Positions 9,338 through 16,888 of a stretch of 64,000 bases of DNA are shown one piece after another (position 1 is the stretch's first letter; every line of letters begins with the position of its first letter). The DNA is from Candidatus Micrarchaeota archaeon (lineage in GTDB: Archaea; Micrarchaeota; Micrarchaeia; Norongarragalinales; Norongarragalinaceae). The notes under the pieces are model-generated. The model saw only the letters and a program-made list of their open reading frames with translations. It was not told where the DNA came from and did no database searches. The stretch covers positions 2,610-66,609 of the forward strand of contig CAZVVY010000001.1 of NCBI GenBank assembly GCA_964630975.1. The letters run 5' to 3'. The translations under genes were made by a program, and so were the position numbers.

Positions 9338-10287
9338 TGCTTTTCACCGGATAAATATATTTCTTCCCTGAGTTGGGGCGGCTTGGGTTCGCACTTTGTC
9401 ATCGCCTTTCGCAACAACACGAAGCGCTTTGCGGGACCGGGAACGCTTCCCTCCACTACGGCGTAAGCCTCCTTCGGGTGCCCGTAATTCTTGAACGTCT
9501 TGGTTGCTTCCGCGCCCAACTTCAAAAATCGCTTTAGCGTGTCCGTGCGGCGGTGGTAACCGTATTGGCCCGCGCGCGGAATCGTGTACATTACTTTTGC
9601 CTGGCGTTCGGGTCCGAGGGGTCCTCCGTGCCTGCGCTTTTGGGTTGCTTTTCGAATGTTCAATGAAACGCCGAACCTTTTCACCACGCCCGTCCAGCCG
9701 TGGCCCTTGGTTACCGCGCTCACGTCAATGAATTCGCCGGCTTCGAAAACGTCGCCGGCGCCGACTTCCTTGCCGAGCACGCTTTTCGCGTACTCCAACT
9801 TTTCTTCAACCGAGCCGCCCAAAGCCACTTCGACGAGTTGCGCTTTCTTCATCGGCAGGCCGGCCTTGAATGGTTGCGCCAGCAAGTGCAGGCGCACGTC
9901 CGCGGGTCCCGCAAAATCCTCGATTTTCTTCGAGGACTTCTTGGCTCCCTTGAAGTGCTTGCGCAACTCCTTGGGCAAGTCGGTTGCAACCACTTCGCCG
10001 GACGGCTTCAAGCCGTACGGAGTTTTATCGTAAAAAACGATTGAGTAAACGAATGCCGGCGGCACTTCCACGAGGGTAACCGCCTTGGCGACTTCCTGTC
10101 CCTTGAATGCGGACTCGGATTCGGATACCAGGGAAACCATGGACATCCCGACCTTGTAACCCGGGAAAGCCTGCAACCCGTTACCGGAGTCGGGCCAAGT
10201 GTTCACTCGCGGCACTACGCGCTTCGAGCGCTTCCTGTGCCAAAAAGCGCGGGAACCCCTCTTCGGACCTGGTCGTTTGGTACCCAT
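9334..10287 (-). CDS. rpl3: 50S ribosomal protein L3 (uL3)
   Basis: GYKVGM, TKGHGWTGVVKRFG, PRAGQYGYHRRT, GSVPGPAKR. Confidence 0.97.
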   Translation of the reverse strand: MGTKRPGPKRGSRAFWHRKRSKRVVPRVNTWPDSGNGLQAFPGYKVGMSMVSLVSESESAFKGQEVAKAVTLVEVPPAFVYSIVFYDKTPYGLKPSGEVVATDLPKELRKHFKGAKKSSKKIEDFAGPADVRLHLLAQPFKAGLPMKKAQLVEVALGGSVEEKLEYAKSVLGKEVGAGDVFEAGEFIDVSAVTKGHGWTGVVKRFGVSLNIRKATQKRRHGGPLGPERQAKVMYTIPRAGQYGYHRRTDTLKRFLKLGAEATKTFKNYGHPKEAYAVVEGSVPGPAKRFVLLRKAMTKCEPKPPQLREEIYLSGEKQ

Positions 10288-10302
10288 TCGGAAATCACTT
10301 TT

Positions 10303-10431
10303 CTAATCGGTTGAGACCTTGTGGGACACCGGAGGCGTCCTCTTGAACAAGAATTTGGTGCCGCAATACGGGCAACGCGTAAACTCGTCGTCCGACGCGT
10401 ACTCGTGACCGCAGTTGGGGCAAACAAACAT
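10303..10431 (-). CDS. rpoP: DNA-directed RNA polymerase subunit P (Rpo12), 42 aa, absent from ORF track
   Basis: MFVCPNCGHEYASDDEFTRCPYCGTKFLFKRTPPVSHKVSTD: two CxxC pairs and the RCPYCG...K-R-P pattern of Rpo12; GGTGG SD-like sequence upstream. Confidence 0.85.
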   Translation of the reverse strand: MFVCPNCGHEYASDDEFTRCPYCGTKFLFKRTPPVSHKVSTD

Positions 10432-10487
10432 GGTTCTCAATCCACCGTTACACTCCTTAAAAAGAGTGACAAGAATACAATCAAGAG

Positions 10488-10508
10488 CATTAATAAATCT
10501 TTTCTCTC
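10488..10508 (-). promoter_or_regulatory. Candidate BRE-TATA promoter of the rpoP-r-protein operon
   Basis: Minus strand GAGAGAAAAGATTTATTAATG about 60 nt upstream of rpoP. Confidence 0.5.
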
Positions 10509-10566
10509 ACGGCTTCGAATTCGCGAAAAGCGCGGAAAAACCCGCGATTACCGAAAAAAAGCTTTG

Positions 10567-10974
10567 TCAGGTCTTGCTTTTGAATTCGCGTTCAATGTCT
10601 TGCGTGAGCAAAAGCGTTTTTTCGTGTAATTCGAAGGCCTCGCTCTCCAACTCGTTTACTTCCGAAAGGAAGGCGTCCAACAATTTTTGGTCGAGCTTCA
10701 CCTTCCTCTTTTTGGCGTAGCCGTGCTGCAAAACGCACAACAAGTCGTTCTCGGTTACGCGCAATGCATCCAACCGCAACAACAAGGACTCGGACTCAAG
10801 CGACAATATGAACACGCGCTTGTTCAACCGCTCCGAGTAATACTGGGTGGAACCCAAGTGCTGCAAAAAATCGCGGCCGTTCTTCAACAATGTTTCCAGC
10901 GTTTGCAGGCCTGGGTACGGCTCCTTGCATTGCTTCAAGAATTCTTCGGCCGCCTTCTCCTCGGACTTATTCAT
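10567..10974 (-). CDS. Hypothetical protein (helical)
   Basis: 135-aa ORF with GGTGA SD; no recognised motif. Confidence 0.65.
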   Translation of the reverse strand: MNKSEEKAAEEFLKQCKEPYPGLQTLETLLKNGRDFLQHLGSTQYYSERLNKRVFILSLESESLLLRLDALRVTENDLLCVLQHGYAKKRKVKLDQKLLDAFLSEVNELESEAFELHEKTLLLTQDIEREFKSKT

Positions 10975-11000
10975 TTCAACAATTCACCAAAACCGTAAAG

Positions 11001-11074
11001 AGCCTCCGGAGGGATTTGAACCCACGACTTTCTGTTTACGAAACAGACGCTCTACCAACCTGAGCTACGGAGGC
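11001..11074 (-). tRNA. tRNA-Thr(CGT), intronless, CCA not encoded
   Basis: GCCTCCG acceptor stem, GCTC/GAGC D-stem, TCTGT-TT-CGT-AA-ACAGA anticodon arm, GGTTCAAATCC T-arm. Confidence 0.96.
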
Positions 11075-11108
11075 AACCAAGAATTGTCGTTGCCCCCAAT
11101 TAAAACTC

Positions 11109-12113
11109 TTACCATAACAACCCGGTCGCGTGCTCGCTGTTTCCGCGGCCCGCCCCCAAGTCGTCGAGAGTCCACTCGCCGGAATTGTTTTTGAATGAGA
11201 ATTCGGTTGCGAGCGCGGGGTACTCGTTGTAGTCCAACCGGTTCCATTTGCTTTTCCGGAATTTCCACGCGGCCGAAGCATACGATTCCACGAGCATTCT
11301 CCCCTTGCCGTCCGCGCCGTCGGTGGTTATCTCGAACGCGGGGTTCTCCGCTTCGTCGATTCGCTTCACTTTCACGTTTCGGTTGTCGAACGTTTTCTTG
11401 CCGTCGAAGAACTGGAAGTGTTTTTTTACGGGGAAGCGCCACGCTTTTTCGGCGCGGTTTGAAAACACGGTTTTGCCGAGGTGCGGCTCGTAGTAGTGCA
11501 CGCACGCACCGCTTTCAAAGTGGTAGACCCCCCAGTACCAGGGCGGCGCCGGCGCGTTTACGCGTACGCGCTGGAAGTACGCGGTGCCGTTGCCGATGTT
11601 GCTCTTGAAGGGTGCGCGGGTTATCTTGAGTATGTCGTAGGAGTAGCCGAGCGGAAACGCGGATTCGTGGAATTCGGGGGCGTAAAAACCTTTTTTTTGT
11701 ATCGGGCCGATGCGGAAATCGTTTTTGCGGAGCGAGACCTTGAACCCGCTCTTCAACTCCTTGAATTCGGTGTCCGGCTTGCGGGTGCGAATGCTTTTGC
11801 CGTCGATTATTACGGGGGTTTGGTCGAGCAAATAGTTTTCCCGCATTTTTTTGCCGTCGTAATACCACGCGGCAACCGCGCCGTCAACGTTGAGCGACTT
11901 TCCTTCGCGGCGCACGAAGTCGTCGCGCAGTTCTATGTCAAGGCCGTTGCAGTTGATTTTTTTCTCGTTCTTCGTGGACCACAAAACCATTAGTTGTCGT
12001 GGGCGCGGGGCGGGCTCGTCGAAGTAGAATATCCACCACCACCAAAGCCAGTTGCCTTTTCGTGACAGGCCTTCCTTGCCGACCTCCCAGATTTTACTTG
12101 TTGCAACAGCCAT
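11109..12113 (-). CDS. Hypothetical aromatic-rich protein, possibly tocopherol-cyclase/AttH-like fold
   Basis: 334-aa ORF; WLWWWWIFYF and YFQRV...PPWYWG motifs; fold assignment tentative. Confidence 0.6.
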   Translation of the reverse strand: MAVATSKIWEVGKEGLSRKGNWLWWWWIFYFDEPAPRPRQLMVLWSTKNEKKINCNGLDIELRDDFVRREGKSLNVDGAVAAWYYDGKKMRENYLLDQTPVIIDGKSIRTRKPDTEFKELKSGFKVSLRKNDFRIGPIQKKGFYAPEFHESAFPLGYSYDILKITRAPFKSNIGNGTAYFQRVRVNAPAPPWYWGVYHFESGACVHYYEPHLGKTVFSNRAEKAWRFPVKKHFQFFDGKKTFDNRNVKVKRIDEAENPAFEITTDGADGKGRMLVESYASAAWKFRKSKWNRLDYNEYPALATEFSFKNNSGEWTLDDLGAGRGNSEHATGLLW

Positions 12114-12153
12114 AAGAAATGCTTTTGAATGCTTGCGTTAAAATCGTTTGGAT

Positions 12154-12972
12154 ATGTGGAACTACGTTTTTGCTTCGTTCTTCTTGTTCGGGTTCGCCCA
12201 CTTTTACCGCAAGCAGGCGCTCAAGGGGGTGGACCCGTTTGTTGCCGGATTCCTTGAAACTATTTCCCAACTCCTGATTGCCTGGGCGGCGCTCGCCGCG
12301 TTCTCCTCGTTTCCCTCCACGATTCCGGCCGAGTCGGTTGCCGCCGGCTTTGCCTTGTTCCTTGCAACCGCCTGCATTTTCCTCGCCTTGCGCAAGGGGC
12401 TCGCCTCCGCCGTATCGGCAATAATCAACTTGAATGCCTTGGTTTCGGTTCCGCTCGCCGTACTTTTTTTGGGTGAGGAATTGTCGTTGCGCGCCGCGGC
12501 CGGAATAGCCTTGGCGGTATTCGTGATTCCCTTGTTGAAGTCTCCGCGCTTCAAGGACGGCGGCTGGCTTAAGTACTCGGTTGCCGCAATGATTTTGCTC
12601 GGCGTGTTCAACCACTTGAACGCGTTTGCTTCCCGCGGAGTCGGCGCGTTCGCGGCTTACGCGGTTTTAATGACTTCTTCGGCCGCGTTTTATTCGGCGT
12701 TCGTCTTACTGAAAAAAAGGAAGGAGTTGAGTTCCCTGCAATTGCCTTCCATCAAGCGCCTCGCTTTTTCCGGGCTCGTACTGGCGACCGCCACGCTCTG
12801 CATGTTCAAGGCTTATTCGCTGGGTGCGGCGTCCGTCGTCGTTCCCGTGGTAAACATGAATTTGTTGGTTACCGCTGTTCTGAGCACGCTTGCCTACAAA
12901 GAAAAATTGGGTGTGCGCGGGTGGCTTGCAGTGGCGTTGGCGGCGTCAAGCGTTTGGCTTCTCGCGGGCTAA
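12154..12972 (+). CDS. EamA/DMT family transporter
   Basis: About ten TM helices in two repeats, each ending LAVLFLGEEL or LAYKEKL. Confidence 0.88.
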   Translation: MWNYVFASFFLFGFAHFYRKQALKGVDPFVAGFLETISQLLIAWAALAAFSSFPSTIPAESVAAGFALFLATACIFLALRKGLASAVSAIINLNALVSVPLAVLFLGEELSLRAAAGIALAVFVIPLLKSPRFKDGGWLKYSVAAMILLGVFNHLNAFASRGVGAFAAYAVLMTSSAAFYSAFVLLKKRKELSSLQLPSIKRLAFSGLVLATATLCMFKAYSLGAASVVVPVVNMNLLVTAVLSTLAYKEKLGVRGWLAVALAASSVWLLAG

Positions 12973-14859
12973 ACCTTTTTCAACCGCCTTGCGGATTGCT
13001 TCGGCATTCAACCCGTATTTTGCGAGGAGTTGGTTCGGGTCTCCGCTTTCACCGAACCGGTCATTAACGCCGAGCATTACTTGCCGGGTCGAGCGGGCGT
13101 TGCGCGTCAAAACGCCTGCCACGAGGTTGCCGAGGCCGCCGACCTGGTGTTCTTCAACGGTTACCACGAGTTTTGAGTCGGCCGCTTTTAGGATTGCCTC
13201 TTCGTCCAACGGCTTCAAGGTGTGAACGTTTACTACGGCCGCCTTCACGTCTTTCTTGGACAACTCCCACGCGGCGCGCATTGCTTCTGGCACGGCAACT
13301 CCGCACGCGATTATTGCGGCGTCGCAGTCCCCCTCCCACTCGCTTGCAAGAGTCCAATCGAAAGCGTCGACGAATTCTTCTTCTTCCTTTTTGAAGGAGG
13401 CGACATTCGCTTTTCCGTAAACGAACGGCGTGTCTTCGCGCGTTACGACGGGTGTCTTCACCCGGCCCAGGCGCAGAACGACCGGGCCCTTCACGTCGAG
13501 TATTGTCTTGCGCGCGCCCTTGCACGCTTCCAAGAAGTCGCAGGGAACGAACACGCCGAGGTTGGGTATTACCGTCGTAGTGGAAAAGTCTTCGAGTGCC
13601 TGGTGTGTTGCCCCGTCTTCTCCCACGGTAAGCCCGCCGTGGCTCGCAATAACTTTGACGTTTAATTCGGGGTAACAAACGCTGGTGCGCAAAAACTCCC
13701 AGGCGCGGCCCGTAGCAAAAATCGAGAAAGAGCCCGCGACTGCTATGCGGCCTTCCTTGGCGAGGCCGGCAGCCATCCCCATCATGTTTTGTTCGGCGAT
13801 TCCCGCCTCGAAAACGCGTTCCTTGAGGGAAGACAGTCGGACGGAAGAATTCAAGTCGGCGCCCACGGCGACGACGCGCTCGTCCCCCGTCAATTTTTCG
13901 AGGCACGCGCCCGCTCCGCCGCGAATCGCCTTCAACCCGACCTTCATTTCGCCGCCCGAATTCCAAGGCGTAACCGGGTACTTTCCTTGCAGGCGCGCCT
14001 TCACGCCGGCCGCCTTGTCCTCCAAATTCTTTGAAAACAATTCGGTGCGCCCCAGTTCTTCCAGCGCCTTGACGAGTTGGCCGCGGTCCGGCGCCTTGCC
14101 GTGCCAGCCGACCTCGTTTTCCATGAACGAAACCCCTTTGCCTTTCACGGTGCGCGCGATTATCGCGGTGGGCTTTCCCTTGGTGGCGCGCGCTTCGCCA
14201 AACGCTTTTTTGAGTGCTTCAACGTCGTGGCCGTCGCACTCGATTGCGTGCCACCCGAACGCCCGGTATTTTTCGGGCAACGGCTCGACTCCGATTACCT
14301 CGCTTACGGCGCCGTCTATTTGCAGGCGGTTCGCGTCTATTACCGCGCACAAGTTGTCGAGTTCGTAGTGTGAGGCCGCGGCCGCCGCCTCCCAAACGCT
14401 TCCTTCTTCCTGCTCGCCGTCGCCCATCACGCAGTAAACGCGGTAGTTCTCCCCGCCTATTTTCGCGTTGAGCGCCGAGCCCACCGAAGCCGGAAAGCCG
14501 TGGCCGAGCGAGCCGCCGCTCAACTCTATGCCGGGAGTGTCCAACATGTGGGGGTGGCCTTGAAAAGACGAATCCGTTTTGCGGAGAGTCGTCTGGAATT
14601 CCTCCATCGAAAAAAACCCTTTCAAGGCGAGCGCCGCGTATTGCGCGGGACACTTGTGTTGCGCGCTCAAGAACACTCTGCCGCGCCCCCTCCATTCGGG
14701 CTTGGACGCGTCGGTTTTCGCTTCGCCGAAGTAAAGCGTTGCAAGAATTTCGGCTGCGGACAAGGAGCCGCCGGGGTGGCCCGAGCCCGCGAAATAAATT
14801 GCTATCAGCGCGTTGGCGCGGACGTCGTCCGCAATCCCCTTCAACTCGGATGCCTCCAT
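12946..14859 (-). CDS. tkt: Transketolase, N- and C-terminal halves fused
   Basis: SGHPGGSLS, GSLGHG, ThDP motif GDGEQEEGSVWE...N, GIAEQNM, GEDGATHQ, VTVEEH. Confidence 0.93.
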   Translation of the reverse strand: MEASELKGIADDVRANALIAIYFAGSGHPGGSLSAAEILATLYFGEAKTDASKPEWRGRGRVFLSAQHKCPAQYAALALKGFFSMEEFQTTLRKTDSSFQGHPHMLDTPGIELSGGSLGHGFPASVGSALNAKIGGENYRVYCVMGDGEQEEGSVWEAAAAASHYELDNLCAVIDANRLQIDGAVSEVIGVEPLPEKYRAFGWHAIECDGHDVEALKKAFGEARATKGKPTAIIARTVKGKGVSFMENEVGWHGKAPDRGQLVKALEELGRTELFSKNLEDKAAGVKARLQGKYPVTPWNSGGEMKVGLKAIRGGAGACLEKLTGDERVVAVGADLNSSVRLSSLKERVFEAGIAEQNMMGMAAGLAKEGRIAVAGSFSIFATGRAWEFLRTSVCYPELNVKVIASHGGLTVGEDGATHQALEDFSTTTVIPNLGVFVPCDFLEACKGARKTILDVKGPVVLRLGRVKTPVVTREDTPFVYGKANVASFKKEEEEFVDAFDWTLASEWEGDCDAAIIACGVAVPEAMRAAWELSKKDVKAAVVNVHTLKPLDEEAILKAADSKLVVTVEEHQVGGLGNLVAGVLTRNARSTRQVMLGVNDRFGESGDPNQLLAKYGLNAEAIRKAVEKGLAREKPNA

Positions 14860-14922
14860 ATGAAAGGCATTCGAACAAATTATTTAACGGTTGCGAACCA
14901 ATACATAAACGGGTGTAAGAAT

Positions 14923-15228
14923 ATGGATGAATTCGTTTACTCTGTTGAATCCGCGGAAAAATCAAAGTTAAAGGCGTTGCTGGACGCCGACCCGTACGCC
15001 GAAAAAAGTTTTGCGCGCGTCGGCTACGACTTGAAGTCTTCGGAGTCCGTCGGCTTGCCCGCCGGAAAGTATTTCGTGCACTTCAAGAGCGACGAGGATT
15101 TGGCGAAAGGCCTTGAAGGCGTTGAATCCTTGCGGGAAGCAACAAAAGAAGAGAAGGCAGCCGTGCTCAAGTCCTTGGAAGAAGGATTGGATAATGCGGT
15201 CAGCGGGTTCGGAAACATTTTCGGTTAA
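14923..15228 (+). CDS. Hypothetical protein (101 aa)
   Basis: ATG at 14923 after a TATA-like element; MDEFVYSV...SFARVGY...AVSGFGNIFG. Confidence 0.75.
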   Translation: MDEFVYSVESAEKSKLKALLDADPYAEKSFARVGYDLKSSESVGLPAGKYFVHFKSDEDLAKGLEGVESLREATKEEKAAVLKSLEEGLDNAVSGFGNIFG

Positions 15229-15237
15229 CCCGCGCCT

Positions 15238-15840
15238 TTACTTCAGTATTTCGCCGGTTTCAAGGAACCACAAGTAGAAGTCGAGGACTCCGGGTTCCAA
15301 CCCTGTTTGTTTTGCAAGTGGCCGCAACGCGTCCTCCAATTCCAGGTATTTCTTGCGCGTAACCGCTTTCGGCTCTTTTTTTATGAGGCCTTCTTTTTTC
15401 ATTGCGCGTATTACGTGGCGGTCTATTATGGCGACATCCATTCTCCCGACGTTGCGTAGAAAATGGCTCGCCTCCTTGAAGCCGAGGCCGCGCACTTTTT
15501 CGGCCAGCCACTCGCGTGCCTGCGCGGATGGAAGAGCGAGCGCTTCGGGGAGTTGTTTTTTGAGGCGCCGCGCGTTCACTATGTTGGCGGCCTTCACGTT
15601 GTGGAACCGCACGCCGCATTCCTTCAAGTATTCGGCCAACGCCTTTTCGTTGAGGCACTCGAAGTTATCCGGTTTTTCCTGCGCTTTCAACCCGGCGCGC
15701 GCCCGCGAGTTCGCGGTGGTCAAGCAAAAGCAGAGCTCGTGAAAATGTTTTTGGTTGGCTTTCAGTTCGGCTACGCGTTCGCGGATTTTCTTGCCGGCCT
15801 CACTTTTTTTGAGGCGCGCTATTTTTTTCGATAACTTCAT
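15238..15840 (-). CDS. ogg: 8-oxoguanine DNA glycosylase/AP lyase (Ogg2-type)
   Basis: ELCFCLTTAN, RFHNVKA, HhH GLGFKEASHFLRNVG, AIIDRHVIR, C-terminal GEILK. Confidence 0.93.
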   Translation of the reverse strand: MKLSKKIARLKKSEAGKKIRERVAELKANQKHFHELCFCLTTANSRARAGLKAQEKPDNFECLNEKALAEYLKECGVRFHNVKAANIVNARRLKKQLPEALALPSAQAREWLAEKVRGLGFKEASHFLRNVGRMDVAIIDRHVIRAMKKEGLIKKEPKAVTRKKYLELEDALRPLAKQTGLEPGVLDFYLWFLETGEILK

Positions 15841-16024
15841 TGAGTTTTTTCACTAGTTCGTCCACGCCTTCGTCGGAAAAGCCGTGTGCTTTGGCGCCTT
15901 GCTCGATTGATTCGAGGCGGGCCATTGCGCAGCCGATGCAGCCCATCCCCGCGGACAAGAGTACGCCCGCGGTTCCGGGGTGTTTTTCCACGACTTCCCT
16001 AATCAAGTCGGTTTTCTTAATCAA
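15800..16024 (-). CDS. DUF1858 family redox-disulfide domain protein
   Basis: IREVVEKHP...GMGCIGC...ESIEQGAKAHG...LVKKLN; TTG start overlaps the nrdG stop (TTGA). Confidence 0.85.
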   Translation of the reverse strand: MIKKTDLIREVVEKHPGTAGVLLSAGMGCIGCAMARLESIEQGAKAHGFSDEGVDELVKKLNEVIEKNSAPQKK

Positions 16025-16704
16025 ATTCCTCGCACCTCGCATTTCTTGAAGTATGGCCTTAATTCATCCCTCAACTTCACGAGTTCCTGCGGTGGGTAGC
16101 CCGGTTTTCCGCGGTACTCGGGGTCGACCAGTTCCCCTTGTGAAACGAATTGTTGTAGGTAGTAGGCGTAGCTTCCCTTCAGCCACTCCCCTATTTCGAG
16201 CGCGTCTTCCCTGGAATAAAATTCGGGGACCACGGTAGTGCGGAACTCATACTCCTTTCCACTATTCCTTATGATTTCCACGCTTTTTCGTATTGCTTCG
16301 GCTACTTCCACTCCGGCAACCGAAGCGTATTTTTCGATGGGTGCCTTTATGTCCATCGCTATGTAGTCGGCGTGGGGTAGGCATTTTTCGAGGGCGTCCG
16401 GGAAAGAGCCGTTGGTGTCCAGCTTCACGTCGAACCCTTTTTCCTTTATTTTTTTCAGGAATTCGGCGGCGTCTTCGTGAATCAAGGGTTCCCCGCCCGT
16501 GATGCATACGCCGTCAAGCCAACCCTTTCTTTCATCCAAAAAATTCCAAAAGTATTCTTCGGGCATTCTTTCGGGGTCGCCGGTTACGAGCGCGGGGTTG
16601 TGGCAGTAAGGGCACCTGAAGTTGCAGCCCGCGGTGAACGCGGTGCACGCCACTTTTCCCGGGTAGTCGATGAGCGTGTTTTTTTGGAGGCCCGCCAGAA
16701 TCAT
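16021..16704 (-). CDS. nrdG: Anaerobic ribonucleotide reductase activating enzyme (radical SAM)
   Basis: GLQKNTLIDYPG, CNFRCPYCHN, ITGGEP, KLDTNGS, YEFRTT. Confidence 0.95.
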   Translation of the reverse strand: MILAGLQKNTLIDYPGKVACTAFTAGCNFRCPYCHNPALVTGDPERMPEEYFWNFLDERKGWLDGVCITGGEPLIHEDAAEFLKKIKEKGFDVKLDTNGSFPDALEKCLPHADYIAMDIKAPIEKYASVAGVEVAEAIRKSVEIIRNSGKEYEFRTTVVPEFYSREDALEIGEWLKGSYAYYLQQFVSQGELVDPEYRGKPGYPPQELVKLRDELRPYFKKCEVRGI

Positions 16705-16868
16705 TGTTCTTGCACGGTTTCCTCAAAACCCGAGCAGTCGGGTTCCGAGTACTCGAGGCGCTCCTTGAATTCTTCGCGCTTTCCCTTGTTCCAGTTTTGC
16801 ACGGGCCGGTAATAGCCCACTACGCGCGAGTAAACCTCGCATTTTTTTCCGCATACTTCTTCGCTCAC
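16701..16868 (-). CDS. Stand-alone NrdD glycyl-radical C-terminal domain (55 aa)
   Basis: GAGGTGA SD then GTG at 16868; CEVYSRVVGYYRPVQNWNKGKREEFKER is the class III RNR glycyl-radical loop. Confidence 0.88.
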   Translation of the reverse strand: MSEEVCGKKCEVYSRVVGYYRPVQNWNKGKREEFKERLEYSEPDCSGFEETVQEQ

Positions 16869-16888
16869 TTTTCGTTCACCTCTTTTTT

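Noticed and set aside
10975..11108. tRNA-Thr as an integration site
   Set aside because: No integrase or duplicated tRNA 3' end seen in the window
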